Virus record (IMG/VR): IMGVR_UViG_3300007609_001205
Location: 1 to 40,833 of that record
Reading direction: 5' to 3' (one strand)
Length of the DNA stretch: 40,833 bases
Source of the DNA: a virus
Lineage: Duplodnaviria > Heunggongvirae > Uroviricota > Caudoviricetes
Both the position numbers and the translations under genes were made by a program. Every line of letters begins with the position of its first letter. Within the stretch, counting starts at the first letter, position 1. A model generated the notes under the pieces. The model ran no database searches. It saw only the letters and a list, made by a program, of their open reading frames with translations, and was not told the origin of the DNA. This document shows, piece after piece, positions 8,856 to 18,662 of this stretch.

Positions 8856-10531
8856 TTTTTACTTCTCATTATTTTTTCAACTGCCTTTTCGAATATTATC
8901 TTAGACATAACACTCTCATTATTTGGAAGATATTTCTTCAGTTTCTCAATTTCAGCATAATTCTTATCATCCAATAATTGATTCAACACATCATTCAATT
9001 CCGCTTGACTCATTTGAGCATATCCACGTTTTTGGTTACGCATTTTATCAAGTTCATCACCACTATCATCATCGCCCGCAACTTCTACATCATCACCACT
9101 TATTTGATCATCCACTTCACCTCTTTCATAATCTGATATCTGTTGCAAAATCCCTGAAATGGTATTTTCTACCCATAATTTTGCCTTTGATGTCTTTTCA
9201 AATATACCCAACATCAATTCTAAGAATTGGTCTGTTGGTAATTGAACCATCTCACCAAAAACATATGTTCTAGCAGATTCCAATTTATCAGAGCCATCAC
9301 ATGAATTTATAAAATCTCTCAGTTCCGCTGCAATATATGGACCATATCGAGAACCCTCTGCTTCATCATATCCTGAAAATGTTGCTTTTTTAACAGCATC
9401 TCTTGTTGTGTCATCATATGACATAAGACCATTCGAAACTATCATAAGATATACTCCCTTAACAGCTTCATGGATAAGCATAGGCAAATCAACACCTCTA
9501 ACGGTAATAAGTCCGTGACCATCATTGGTCTCAACTTCCTCACCATCAACATCCCCACTTTCCTCGATATCGTTTAATAACTTTTCAAGGTCATCGGAGG
9601 CAAACATACCATTCTCGCCTTGACTTTCTTCTTCATCATTAACATCACCATCACCATCCTCACTAGAATCACTTTCCCAACTCACTTTACACGCCCCCGC
9701 CATATCTTGATACCTCTTCGCGAATTTTTCAGCAGCACTGTCAAGTGGGTCCAACCAACTCATTTTAATATGTATTTTTGATATTTCATCATATAATCTA
9801 TGAACTTCCGTTCCATCATCCTCACCCAATAACTCAACCAAACCAGCCTTGATAATATCACTATGTAATATATTCTTGGTATTAATTCCTTCACCATGGA
9901 CAACCATATCCATTAATTTCTTCTTATCAATGTCCCTCTTTAATTTTTCGGAATTAAGAAAAGCCATTGCATCCTCACGGGTATCAAATGGTACATCTTT
10001 TTCATCAAAATCGTCATCTTTATCAATTTCATCAGAATCGTCATCTTTGGTAATTTCATCGGCTTGGTCATCTTTGGACTTTGGGTCTTCAGGGATATCT
10101 TTAAGTTGAGGAAAATCTTCAGCAACCTCTCCGATTCTCGTCATTTTAATATCAAATCCAATATCATCCAAAATCTTCCCAAATTCTTCCCTAACTGCTT
10201 CCTCTGCCAGTTCAGAAAATTTTTCCTTTACGGTATTTTCGTCATAATTTTTTAAAATAGAAGCAACACCATTCATTTTATTCTTAAATTCAAGAGAAAG
10301 CCTCATAACTTGTGGTCCTGGTATTCTAGTACCAGGTGGGGGAACTTGCATTCCCTGAGGTGGTTGAAACCCAGGTGGGGGAGGTGGCAATGGCGGACCC
10401 GTAGGCTCATCCTTACGAACACCCAAATCTCTTTGTGCTTTTTGGTCGGTCTTATCCATCCAATCATCAGGGAGACCTTTATTACCTTTAAGTTCTGCTT
10501 CTTCTTTTATAAATTGTAAATAATTTTTCAT
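8852..10531 (-). CDS. Large acidic phage protein of unknown function with proline-rich segment
   Basis: 559 aa; PTGPPLPPPPPGFQPP segment, D/E-rich linkers, LPMLIHEAVKG motif; ATGA-coupled to both neighbours. Confidence 0.75.
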   Translation of the reverse strand: MKNYLQFIKEEAELKGNKGLPDDWMDKTDQKAQRDLGVRKDEPTGPPLPPPPPGFQPPQGMQVPPPGTRIPGPQVMRLSLEFKNKMNGVASILKNYDENTVKEKFSELAEEAVREEFGKILDDIGFDIKMTRIGEVAEDFPQLKDIPEDPKSKDDQADEITKDDDSDEIDKDDDFDEKDVPFDTREDAMAFLNSEKLKRDIDKKKLMDMVVHGEGINTKNILHSDIIKAGLVELLGEDDGTEVHRLYDEISKIHIKMSWLDPLDSAAEKFAKRYQDMAGACKVSWESDSSEDGDGDVNDEEESQGENGMFASDDLEKLLNDIEESGDVDGEEVETNDGHGLITVRGVDLPMLIHEAVKGVYLMIVSNGLMSYDDTTRDAVKKATFSGYDEAEGSRYGPYIAAELRDFINSCDGSDKLESARTYVFGEMVQLPTDQFLELMLGIFEKTSKAKLWVENTISGILQQISDYERGEVDDQISGDDVEVAGDDDSGDELDKMRNQKRGYAQMSQAELNDVLNQLLDDKNYAEIEKLKKYLPNNESVMSKIIFEKAVEKIMRSKK

Positions 10532-10791
10532 TCTGCATCTGGGAAATATTTTTCAAGATCAACTCCTTGCTCACTTGCAACCTTTATGAATTTATCGATA
10601 ACATCTTCTTCGGTTGCCTTTGCAAGTGGGTCTGGCAAATTCTTTTCACCTGGGTTCTTCGTAGGAAAGGGTGATGGTCTTTTTGGTCGGGTCTTAGGTT
10701 TTGTCTCAGTTTTATCGGGTTTAACCACTGGTTTTTCCTCTGCAACTGCTGCACTTTCCTGAAATTTCGTAAATTTTTTAATATATGCCAT
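10528..10791 (-). CDS. Small Pro/Lys-rich phage protein
   Basis: 87 aa; MAYIKKFTKFQES leader; ATGA overlap with the next gene. Confidence 0.75.
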   Translation of the reverse strand: MAYIKKFTKFQESAAVAEEKPVVKPDKTETKPKTRPKRPSPFPTKNPGEKNLPDPLAKATEEDVIDKFIKVASEQGVDLEKYFPDAE

Positions 10792-10810
10792 AATAAGGAA
10801 CTATTTTATT

Positions 10811-10861
10811 TATATATTAAGAACCAAAACTCTTAATTATACATCTACCATTTAATATATA
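10811..10861. promoter_or_regulatory. Divergent pair of TTAATATATA motifs (10811-10820 minus; 10852-10861 plus)
   Basis: Two exact copies pointing outward to ATG 10791 (19 nt) and ATG 10886 (24 nt). Confidence 0.55.
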
Positions 10862-10885
10862 AGGTGAAAAACATATATAGACCAA

Positions 10886-11407
10886 ATGAAAAAATTCACA
10901 ATAATTGAAGAAAAAGTTGCATCAAAGTGCAATGAAAATATGATGGAACAACCCATTCCGGAATTTGATGAAGGAGAAGGCAACCTTACACAAACTGAAA
11001 CAGATGAATCAAGTGAGGAAGTATCAGAATCCAACCCCGTTAAATTCATATCAAAACTATTCGAATCAAGAGAAATGGCACATATGTTTCATTTAAAGGC
11101 ACAAGGAGATGGCTCACATGCAAGTCATTTGGCACTTGAAGGATATTATGAAGAAATAATTAACACAATAGATGACCTAGTTGAAGTTTACCAAGGTCAA
11201 TATGATATAATTGAAGGATATGATATAATAGATAAAGAAAATGAAAATTCAACTGAGCCGGTACAATATTTCATAGATGTTGCAGAATTCGTAAAGAGGA
11301 CAAGATATTCTGCAATACTTGAAGAAGATGCACATATACAGGCAATAATTGATGATGTTCTTATAAACCTTTATAAACTAGTGTATAAGTTAAGATTCCT
11401 TAAGTGA
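10886..11407 (+). CDS. Ferritin/Dps-like four-helix protein (DUF5856-like)
   Basis: AHMFHL...SHASHLALEGYYEEI...DDLVEVYQG and C-terminal IDDV...Y.L.YKLRFLK pattern. Confidence 0.75.
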   Translation: MKKFTIIEEKVASKCNENMMEQPIPEFDEGEGNLTQTETDESSEEVSESNPVKFISKLFESREMAHMFHLKAQGDGSHASHLALEGYYEEIINTIDDLVEVYQGQYDIIEGYDIIDKENENSTEPVQYFIDVAEFVKRTRYSAILEEDAHIQAIIDDVLINLYKLVYKLRFLK

Positions 11408-11581
11408 TTTAATCATATTCCTAAGTCTATTTTCAAATGACTCAGGTTTATATTGTGAAAACATAGATACAAAATCTGTAACACCACTAACATCCCAATT
11501 TGATATATCAACATTTATAGTTGCACCATCCTTCGATACTGGATACCCATATAACTTATCAGTGTTGGTCTTCGATTCCAT
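11390..11581 (-). CDS. Mini-protein with a single DUF285/BspA-type repeat
   Basis: DISNWDVSGVTDFVSMF matches the repeats of the 20989..22503 gene. Confidence 0.6.
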   Translation of the reverse strand: MESKTNTDKLYGYPVSKDGATINVDISNWDVSGVTDFVSMFSQYKPESFENRLRNMIKSLKES

Positions 11582-11759
11582 TTATGATATTCTTCAATTT
11601 TTCGACAAATGTCAGTGGCGAACCAAAGTCAGTAGTTTTATAATACCGGGACTTTATATTATATAAAGCCCAATCCGCCTCTACTACGTCATTATTCATC
11701 ATAATATATGGTGTCCAAGTATAACCTTTATCAACACTATCTTTATTGGCTTTATTCAT
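11559..11759 (-). CDS. Mini-protein resembling the C-terminal segment of gp23-type capsid proteins
   Basis: GYTWTPYIMM...VVEADWA...IKSRY versus the MCP segment GLIFVPYLMA...ISEATFA...LRSRY; start moved to ATG 11759, downstream of the promoter element. Confidence 0.6.
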   Translation of the reverse strand: MNKANKDSVDKGYTWTPYIMMNNDVVEADWALYNIKSRYYKTTDFGSPLTFVEKLKNIINGIEDQH

Positions 11760-11771
11760 AATAATATTATA

Positions 11772-11779
11772 CAAATATA
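11772..11779 (-). promoter_or_regulatory. TAnnTTTG (TATATTTG) host-type promoter, with TTTG at 11805-11802
   Basis: Context TATATTTGTATAATAT is identical to that upstream of the tmRNA; TTTG lies 22 nt upstream. Confidence 0.6.
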
Positions 11780-11813
11780 AGTAAAAGTTTACACATAAAC
11801 CCAAAACTGAATA

Positions 11814-12122
11814 TCAAAACAATTCTTTTCTACCATCTTCTCGATAATCATCAATGTTCGAAACAATTTTTGAAATTCTTTCCTGTGATTCGATAAATGT
11901 TTTATTCAATAATTGGAGTTCGGTCATGATTTCATCAATTTGATCCACTTTTTTATTTGATTGGCTTTTGAATTGAGAGATCTCATTTAAAAGGAGATCT
12001 ATGAGGTCCACTTTATTGTTCAATGTATCAGACACCTCTGCCATATCTGTTGAAATTTCATCCAATCTCTCATTTGATATTTCACCAACATTGGATTTTT
12101 CATCGAAACGTTTTATATGCAT
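11814..12122 (-). CDS. Coiled-coil hypothetical protein
   Basis: Likely start MHIKRFDEKS (ATG 12122) downstream of the palindromic promoter; heptad-rich. Confidence 0.7.
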   Translation of the reverse strand: MHIKRFDEKSNVGEISNERLDEISTDMAEVSDTLNNKVDLIDLLLNEISQFKSQSNKKVDQIDEIMTELQLLNKTFIESQERISKIVSNIDDYREDGRKELF

Positions 12123-12138
12123 TATAAGATTTTCCTTT

Positions 12139-12152
12139 TTAATATATATTAA
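12139..12152. promoter_or_regulatory. Perfect palindrome TTAATATATATTAA, putative bidirectional promoter
   Basis: Contains TTAATATATA on both strands, between divergent ATGs at 12122 and 12154. Confidence 0.6.
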
Positions 12153-12153
12153 T

Positions 12154-12837
12154 ATGAGAAAGCCTAAACTAATCCTTGAATTTTCTGAATTCAACTTACA
12201 ACGTATGAACCCCGATACAGTTCAACCAGCAACTTGGGTACAGAATCCGGAATTGTCAATAGATGCACATGATCGACATTTAGACCAAATAAGAACGGCA
12301 CTTTCAAGGATTGGCGATATACACAAATCAATGGCGGGGTCAGCAGCATATAGATCACTCAAATCACAATTATCTTTGGATGACCAAGATGTTAAAAGCC
12401 TTAAAATAATCAGAATTGTGAAAAATTCAAATTATACATATGATGCTTATATAAGTTTCACTATCAGTGAAAGTGAATATTGGGGCGTGGTGAAGGATAT
12501 ACTATCTGCACCAAAAGTTATTTCCGAAGTATTCCAAGAAGAAACACTTATACTAACTGAAATATGGGTAAAAAGATTAAAGGGGTTTCTTATAAAGTCA
12601 GTACAGAATTTCCTTAAACCACAGACCGGATTCTTCAAGCAAATAAAAGATGAGGTTATCTGTTATTCATCAACTAATGGTAAAATGATGAAATTGAAAG
12701 AAGGTGTTGAAATTGAAGTTCTCAAATCATATAATGATGTAATACATATAAATTATGATGGAGAACAGTATAAACTGAAAGGCGACAACCACGTTTATTT
12801 CAAGTGGTGGTTTGAACCAATTGAAGACAAAGACTAA
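12154..12837 (+). CDS. Hypothetical phage protein
   Basis: Likely start MRKPKLILEFSEFN (ATG 12154); the track's 12001 start overlaps a divergent gene. Confidence 0.75.
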   Translation: MRKPKLILEFSEFNLQRMNPDTVQPATWVQNPELSIDAHDRHLDQIRTALSRIGDIHKSMAGSAAYRSLKSQLSLDDQDVKSLKIIRIVKNSNYTYDAYISFTISESEYWGVVKDILSAPKVISEVFQEETLILTEIWVKRLKGFLIKSVQNFLKPQTGFFKQIKDEVICYSSTNGKMMKLKEGVEIEVLKSYNDVIHINYDGEQYKLKGDNHVYFKWWFEPIEDKD

Positions 12838-12936
12838 ATCATATGAGTGATTATATCATCAACGATATTATTGGTATATTCGAAAATAAATATTTTGATT
12901 TGTTTGGTATATAAGACATTTTTCATTTTATTTTTC

Positions 12937-14436
12937 TCACATTAAAAACCACCCACTCCCATTACTCGCAAGTGTATAAGATGTTTCATTACCAAGTAGC
13001 AACGATTCATCATATTCTATTTTATTCGATCCACTCATAGTATGTATTAATAATACACTATATGTGCTAGAATCAATTCTTCTGAATTTATACTCACCAC
13101 CACCATCTGTATTTGGATCAGGTAGAACCATTTGTATATTAGAGCTAGTGGCATTTATAAAATATGTCCGGGTAGATGTACTCACAACAGTATTTGTTGA
13201 AGTATTGTTATATGGATAGACACCTACTGGACCAGTTGCCCCTGTTGCACCCATTGGACCAACTGATATTTCTTCCCAATTCCGCCTCTTGTTTAATATT
13301 TTCCATTTAATATTACGCCCAGATACAAATGATATCATATTTATAGATTCACCTGAATGAAGAACAACATCAGTAACATTACCAGTCATATCAACAATAT
13401 CATTAGTTGATTGTATGATAGCCTTGCTCCCAATAATTGAATTAGAACTTTGATATGATATATTAACACACCGACCAATATGATCAGTATTATCACCAAG
13501 GCTTCCGAGATTAATATACATTGTTGCCTTTGTAGTGGAATCTATAATCAAATTCTCATCTCTTTGTCTCAACTTATATGTCGAACTGCCACTTACACTT
13601 GTACTTGGTATAGAAGAATTTTGGCGATTTATACCATATTGCGATATTATATTTGAACCATCATATGTGAGCCAAGTAACCGATTCATATTTTGCAGAAT
13701 TCGTTCGAAGTGGACCATCAATATAAACATGTTGTGGTTTCTTATAGGTAACAATCGGAACACCAACTCCAAATGTTTGATTATCAAAAACAACCTTACC
13801 ATTTACAAAATTTCCAGTACCCGGAGTTTTTATTATGTTCCACTTACCACCTTGTGTCGTTTTATTGAGTTCGAATATGTCATTATATCTAACCGCAAGG
13901 TCGCCAGCATTTCGAACAGATGCAACAAAGTGACTTGTACTCCCATCAAAATTCAATTTCAAAGAACCTTGTGTCAATCCATGAACACTATTACCAGAAT
14001 CATATTTCCAGTTATAAGAAAATCCTGCACCAATTGTACTATCGTTATAGATATTTATAGGACTATTACTATTTGACCCACTTAATTGTAAAATGGATGT
14101 CGGTGATAATGGAGATGTCACACCATATGGTGAAATACCAACATACCCCTTTGATGCATCAATGTAAATATTCGATGCTGTTAAAGAATTAGTACCTGTT
14201 ATTTTAGTAAGATACCCAGTATTACCAACTAATCCGGAAATGCCAGTTTCTTCCAATTCCCATGTTTTGCTTGGAGAGTTCCAAACCCAAGACTCTCTTG
14301 TATCGGTCTGAAAAACCCTAAGTCCATCATATTTATGTTTTATAGAAGTTCTTTGAGATGAGTTTTTTGCAACTATCCTAGTATCGATAGGAGTTGGTCT
14401 GCCCAAGTAAAATCCATCTGTTATATTTATAGCCAT
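12937..14436 (-). CDS. Putative virion/tail-fibre-type structural protein
   Basis: 499 aa, G/S/T/N-rich; N-terminal PIDTRIV motif, short collagen-like GPMGATGATGPVG, C-terminal beta-rich domain. Confidence 0.6.
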   Translation of the reverse strand: MAINITDGFYLGRPTPIDTRIVAKNSSQRTSIKHKYDGLRVFQTDTRESWVWNSPSKTWELEETGISGLVGNTGYLTKITGTNSLTASNIYIDASKGYVGISPYGVTSPLSPTSILQLSGSNSNSPINIYNDSTIGAGFSYNWKYDSGNSVHGLTQGSLKLNFDGSTSHFVASVRNAGDLAVRYNDIFELNKTTQGGKWNIIKTPGTGNFVNGKVVFDNQTFGVGVPIVTYKKPQHVYIDGPLRTNSAKYESVTWLTYDGSNIISQYGINRQNSSIPSTSVSGSSTYKLRQRDENLIIDSTTKATMYINLGSLGDNTDHIGRCVNISYQSSNSIIGSKAIIQSTNDIVDMTGNVTDVVLHSGESINMISFVSGRNIKWKILNKRRNWEEISVGPMGATGATGPVGVYPYNNTSTNTVVSTSTRTYFINATSSNIQMVLPDPNTDGGGEYKFRRIDSSTYSVLLIHTMSGSNKIEYDESLLLGNETSYTLASNGSGWFLM

Positions 14437-14457
14437 CCTTTTATATACTGTTCTTTT

Positions 14458-15906
14458 TTAAAAATTAAATTGATATGTTTGTGTTGGCAACGTCACCTCA
14501 ATTGGAACTGTTGTACTATAAACTTTATATGTAACTCCCGACCAAATACCCAATTCACTTGAAACCCCGGTAACAGTTGAGTGTGTCCATGTTGACGAGG
14601 GTGTTCCAAAATCAAATATCAAGAACCCATTACCATCATATATTTCACTTATATCACCATACGATGACGGATAACAATAATGTAAATATCCTTCTCCTGT
14701 GATAGCAAGTGATTGACTTCCATAAACATCTACCAACTTACTGAATGTTCCACCCGATATAAGAGATGCAACATTTGATGTTGTTGCAGAGAACCCATAA
14801 TAATATGGATACACATATTCCAAAACACTTGAAGCAGTAGAAGACTGTGTTCCATCAGTAGTTATGAAAGAAAACGTGAATTTTCCACTACTACTGTTTT
14901 GAATCTGAACATTGGTTATGGACTGTGTTGCTGAATAATCATTAGTAACAAACCCACCACCTGTTATAGATGGTCCAATAACAGGGGAAATTGGTGGAAT
15001 TGCGCCACCCACCAATAAACTTGATGTTACATCACCACTACGTTTAACTATCTGATAATCATATGGAACTGAATCACTTGTTACGTGATTTCTTTCACGT
15101 ATAGGCGTAGATATACTAATAGAAGAAGCTGGACCCAAATATGGATATAATAACGTTCTCAACATTTCCTCAAATGCAACATTCGAGAAAGTAGTTCCCG
15201 CAGGAATCCCACCAATTCCAACAGGAACAGGTGTTGTTTCTGTAAATGTTGGTGCAGGTATGCCCGAAAATGATGCAGATTTCAACTCAATATACCCCGC
15301 AGATGTCCTAACCAAAAACTTATCCGTTGCATTTGCTTGATTTGAACCCATTGCAGTATATTCATCATAGGAGGGGAAAACCATCCCATTCAATGATATT
15401 CTACCCTTGGTACCCGCTTGAAAATTAAAATCACCACCAAATGGATTGGTGTGTATTATGTTAAGGTCTAATGAAGGGGTTGAACCCGATACTTTACCAA
15501 CCGATATATATGGTGCATATTCATACAGTGTATCATCATCACCACCAAGTATCTGTATTTTGGTCATTTGATTCGGAGCAGAATCTACCTTGGTATTATA
15601 AATAAAAATATCGGCATCGGAAGTTGCCAATGTATTTGATATTATATGACTACCATTCAGTTTCTTTTTACCTAATAATATCTTGTCTTTGATATCATCT
15701 CGGTCAATACCTATATACGAATCTGACCCATTCGATGTGTATCTTATTACTGAATTTTCCCAATTTGAAAAAACTGCATTCCTAACATCCTCAGGAGTTA
15801 TTTGATTGTTCGTATTATTCGGAAGGCCACTTAATACATCAGAAATGTTATTGTAACTTACCGCCTCGGTTGTACTTCCAGTATTTACAGAATATGTTGA
15901 TGGCAT
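14458..15906 (-). CDS. Putative virion structural protein
   Basis: 482 aa, S/T/G-rich; ITPEDVRNA, EEMLRTLLYPY and YVYPYYYG motifs, beta-rich C-terminus. Confidence 0.55.
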   Translation of the reverse strand: MPSTYSVNTGSTTEAVSYNNISDVLSGLPNNTNNQITPEDVRNAVFSNWENSVIRYTSNGSDSYIGIDRDDIKDKILLGKKKLNGSHIISNTLATSDADIFIYNTKVDSAPNQMTKIQILGGDDDTLYEYAPYISVGKVSGSTPSLDLNIIHTNPFGGDFNFQAGTKGRISLNGMVFPSYDEYTAMGSNQANATDKFLVRTSAGYIELKSASFSGIPAPTFTETTPVPVGIGGIPAGTTFSNVAFEEMLRTLLYPYLGPASSISISTPIRERNHVTSDSVPYDYQIVKRSGDVTSSLLVGGAIPPISPVIGPSITGGGFVTNDYSATQSITNVQIQNSSSGKFTFSFITTDGTQSSTASSVLEYVYPYYYGFSATTSNVASLISGGTFSKLVDVYGSQSLAITGEGYLHYCYPSSYGDISEIYDGNGFLIFDFGTPSSTWTHSTVTGVSSELGIWSGVTYKVYSTTVPIEVTLPTQTYQFNF

Positions 15907-15965
15907 TCTTAAAATGTGATTTTCTTATATATAAAAAAATCAATACCATTTAGTCTAAGAAATAC

Positions 15966-16370
15966 CTAAGAAAAAAGAAACTCTATCTTTATCATATCAG
16001 AAACCTTAGAAGTTCCACCATATTCAAGATCATCAAATGAAACTTTATCATATGGAATCTCATTTTCTACTTCCATAAGTTGTTTCATATCTTTATTGAA
16101 ACCATTCATATCCGATATCGTAACATGTCCTTCGATCGGATTACCATTATCATCCTTTGGTACAATAGGGTTACCATTATCATCACGAGCAATCCACTTC
16201 TCTCGGATTTTTTGCTCCATCTTTACCTTATCTTCTATTATGGAAGAAATGTGTTTCACTACACGTGCAAGTTTGAATGCAGAAGTTGCATTTATATCCT
16301 CATCTATCAATTTTGTGAGAACTGCGAGTGTTTCATTACTTAGTTGTGAATTTTTTACTTTAAATGACAT
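15966..16370 (-). CDS. Hypothetical phage protein
   Basis: 134-aa ORF co-oriented with the flanking genes. Confidence 0.7.
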   Translation of the reverse strand: MSFKVKNSQLSNETLAVLTKLIDEDINATSAFKLARVVKHISSIIEDKVKMEQKIREKWIARDDNGNPIVPKDDNGNPIEGHVTISDMNGFNKDMKQLMEVENEIPYDKVSFDDLEYGGTSKVSDMIKIEFLFS

Positions 16371-16399
16371 ATACCAATTATTATTTTTTATTATATGAA

Positions 16400-17098
16400 T
16401 TACATTTTTAATTGTTTTACCTCATTCAACCTATCAATTGAAATATCATAATACTTCTCATCCTTTTCAATGCATATATATTCTCTACCAAGGTTCTCAC
16501 ATGCAACAGCCGTTGTTCCCGAACCAGAAAACATATCAAGTACAATATCCCCTCTATTTGAGTGTTTTTGTATGAGTTCTTCAAAAAGTCCTAATGGTTT
16601 TTGTGTTTTGTGAATTGTCTTCTTTTTACCATAACACAATGGATATTTATAAACAGCATTATCATACTCTGAATGGAAGGTTGGCTTTTTATCCTTAACA
16701 AATGAAAAGAAATATTCTGCAGAGTTTGAAAGGTAATTTCTTTTTGAATTCAACGGAACCGGGTTTGTTTTTAACCATTGACCAACCCTCGGTTGTTTAA
16801 ATCTTGCATTCAATGCCGCCTCTTTCACAAGACCTGATTTCCAAATATCATAGAACGTTATCAAAGTTCCACCTCTTTTCAATACTCTATGCGATTCAAT
16901 GAACATTTTCTGAAGGTCTATTTCTTCGAGGTCCCAATCCCCAAAATGATGTGTCATTGATGAAAATTTACTTTTCACATCTGTTTTTTCAAAAAATGAA
17001 CTTTTAGAAATTGCATATGGTGGGTCAGTTAATATAAGATCAATTGAATTTTTTTCAATACTCTCAATGAAACTCAATCCATCCCCACAATATATCAT
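16400..17098 (-). CDS. Orphan N4-cytosine/N6-adenine DNA methyltransferase (beta class)
   Basis: Motif IV ILTDPPY precedes H.TQKP and motif I VLDMFSGSGTT. Confidence 0.9.
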   Translation of the reverse strand: MIYCGDGLSFIESIEKNSIDLILTDPPYAISKSSFFEKTDVKSKFSSMTHHFGDWDLEEIDLQKMFIESHRVLKRGGTLITFYDIWKSGLVKEAALNARFKQPRVGQWLKTNPVPLNSKRNYLSNSAEYFFSFVKDKKPTFHSEYDNAVYKYPLCYGKKKTIHKTQKPLGLFEELIQKHSNRGDIVLDMFSGSGTTAVACENLGREYICIEKDEKYYDISIDRLNEVKQLKM

Positions 17099-17132
17099 TT
17101 TGAAAAATTTGTTTTTTTATATATACACCATT

Positions 17133-17891
17133 ATGATCTACCTTGAAAGTTATGAAGAACACGAACCATATGAAGATGATGAACATTTCATAATCGAAAA
17201 TATAGATGATGTAGTTGAGATAACCAAAGATTATCTAGTAATGAAAATAGACACTTTCGAAGAACCCGAAATAGCACCATGTGAAATAGAGTGGTCGACT
17301 TATTTAAAGTTCAAATGCCACACATCATATAGATTAGACGAAAATTGTGTTGGATTTGAATTAAAACGTGAAAAATTGACAGATGATGACCTAATAGAAC
17401 TTACACATTACCTGAATGATAATTTCAGTGTGGAACTCATAGCAATAGAGTTATACAAAGGGTATAGCAACACACAACATATCGCCATCTGTGAAAAATC
17501 AACACTTGAGAAACTAGAATCAATAGAAAATGTGGCAAATGCCATTATAGATGGAATCGATATAAAATTAGAAGATATAAAACCAGATGGATTGGAAGTT
17601 ATAACAGATTCAATAAACACAATAACTTTCGTTCGTGATAGATATGAAATAGAAACCGTAATAAATGATAAGGGTGATGATGCACAAATATCACACATTC
17701 TATATGGTCTTTACAATGACCTGAATAATATATCCACACACATAAGAATAACATTGGATATCAAAGATGTGAATAATATTGAACACAATCATTATCTGAC
17801 CATACCTATAAATTCAACAGAAGATGAAATTACCAATTATATTTTTGAAAAACTGAGTGGCATAAAATTATTTACCGGAAATGATAAGTAA
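17133..17891 (+). CDS. Acidic hypothetical protein
   Basis: Likely start MIYLESYEE (ATG 17133) just after TTTTATATATAC. Confidence 0.7.
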   Translation: MIYLESYEEHEPYEDDEHFIIENIDDVVEITKDYLVMKIDTFEEPEIAPCEIEWSTYLKFKCHTSYRLDENCVGFELKREKLTDDDLIELTHYLNDNFSVELIAIELYKGYSNTQHIAICEKSTLEKLESIENVANAIIDGIDIKLEDIKPDGLEVITDSINTITFVRDRYEIETVINDKGDDAQISHILYGLYNDLNNISTHIRITLDIKDVNNIEHNHYLTIPINSTEDEITNYIFEKLSGIKLFTGNDK

Positions 17892-18645
17892 CTTTTTAAA
17901 TGGAATATTGAAAATGAACAAAGATCTGTCGGTGGAAATACTCCCATCCAAAGGTCTTTTTTATAAAGATGATTTTCAAATATCCATCAAAAAGGCTTCT
18001 ATGGAAGACATAACTGAATATGAAATTGGCTTTGATAAAGAAAATTTAGGAGAAATAATACACAAGATAAAATCTATTGTTAGAAAGAACACAATATTAC
18101 CAAATGGGTATACATTTGAAGATATTAAAGGGGCAGATGTTGTGTTTATCTTCTTGGAAATTGTCAAATTCACCAACAACAAACCAATTGAAATTGATTA
18201 TGTGGATAAATTGGGAGAAACCAACACAATTGAATTCGGAGAGAAAAATTTCAATTACATTAATGTCCCAGACCATGTGATGGAAAATTATGATGATATC
18301 AACAAAGAATTTGCCATTGATGGATTCAGATACTCAACACCATCCATAGGTGTTGAAAATTCACTCACTCACTTCTTAACATCAATGGCAAGTTCGGGTA
18401 AAATAGAACTATATAAAGATCACAACTACAATTTCATATATTTTTTAGGAAATAAGAATGATCTGACAACAGAAGAAATCCATAACCTCATACAAATTTT
18501 CAATCATGATTTAGATGATAATTCACAATCAACAGTGTGTAATATAATAGAAACATTCAGACCATTTACGGAATATTCACTTAAAAATGAAAGTGAAGTG
18601 ATTGAAATAACATCAAAGGTCAATTTGGAGAATATCTGGTCTTAG
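17881..18645 (+). CDS. Baseplate hub assembly-like protein (T4 gp26-like)
   Basis: N-terminal LPSKGLFY motif and D...IFL pattern recalled from T4 gp26-like hub proteins; alternative start 17914. Confidence 0.5.
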   Translation: MISNFLNGILKMNKDLSVEILPSKGLFYKDDFQISIKKASMEDITEYEIGFDKENLGEIIHKIKSIVRKNTILPNGYTFEDIKGADVVFIFLEIVKFTNNKPIEIDYVDKLGETNTIEFGEKNFNYINVPDHVMENYDDINKEFAIDGFRYSTPSIGVENSLTHFLTSMASSGKIELYKDHNYNFIYFLGNKNDLTTEEIHNLIQIFNHDLDDNSQSTVCNIIETFRPFTEYSLKNESEVIEITSKVNLENIWS

Positions 18646-18662
18646 TATTAAATATATAGTTT

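Noticed and set aside
12843-12914. 23-aa plus-strand ORF MSDYIINDIIGIFENKYFDLFGI in an intergenic gap
   Set aside because: Too short, with no motif or promoter support; a 30-aa minus-strand ORF overlaps it equally well.
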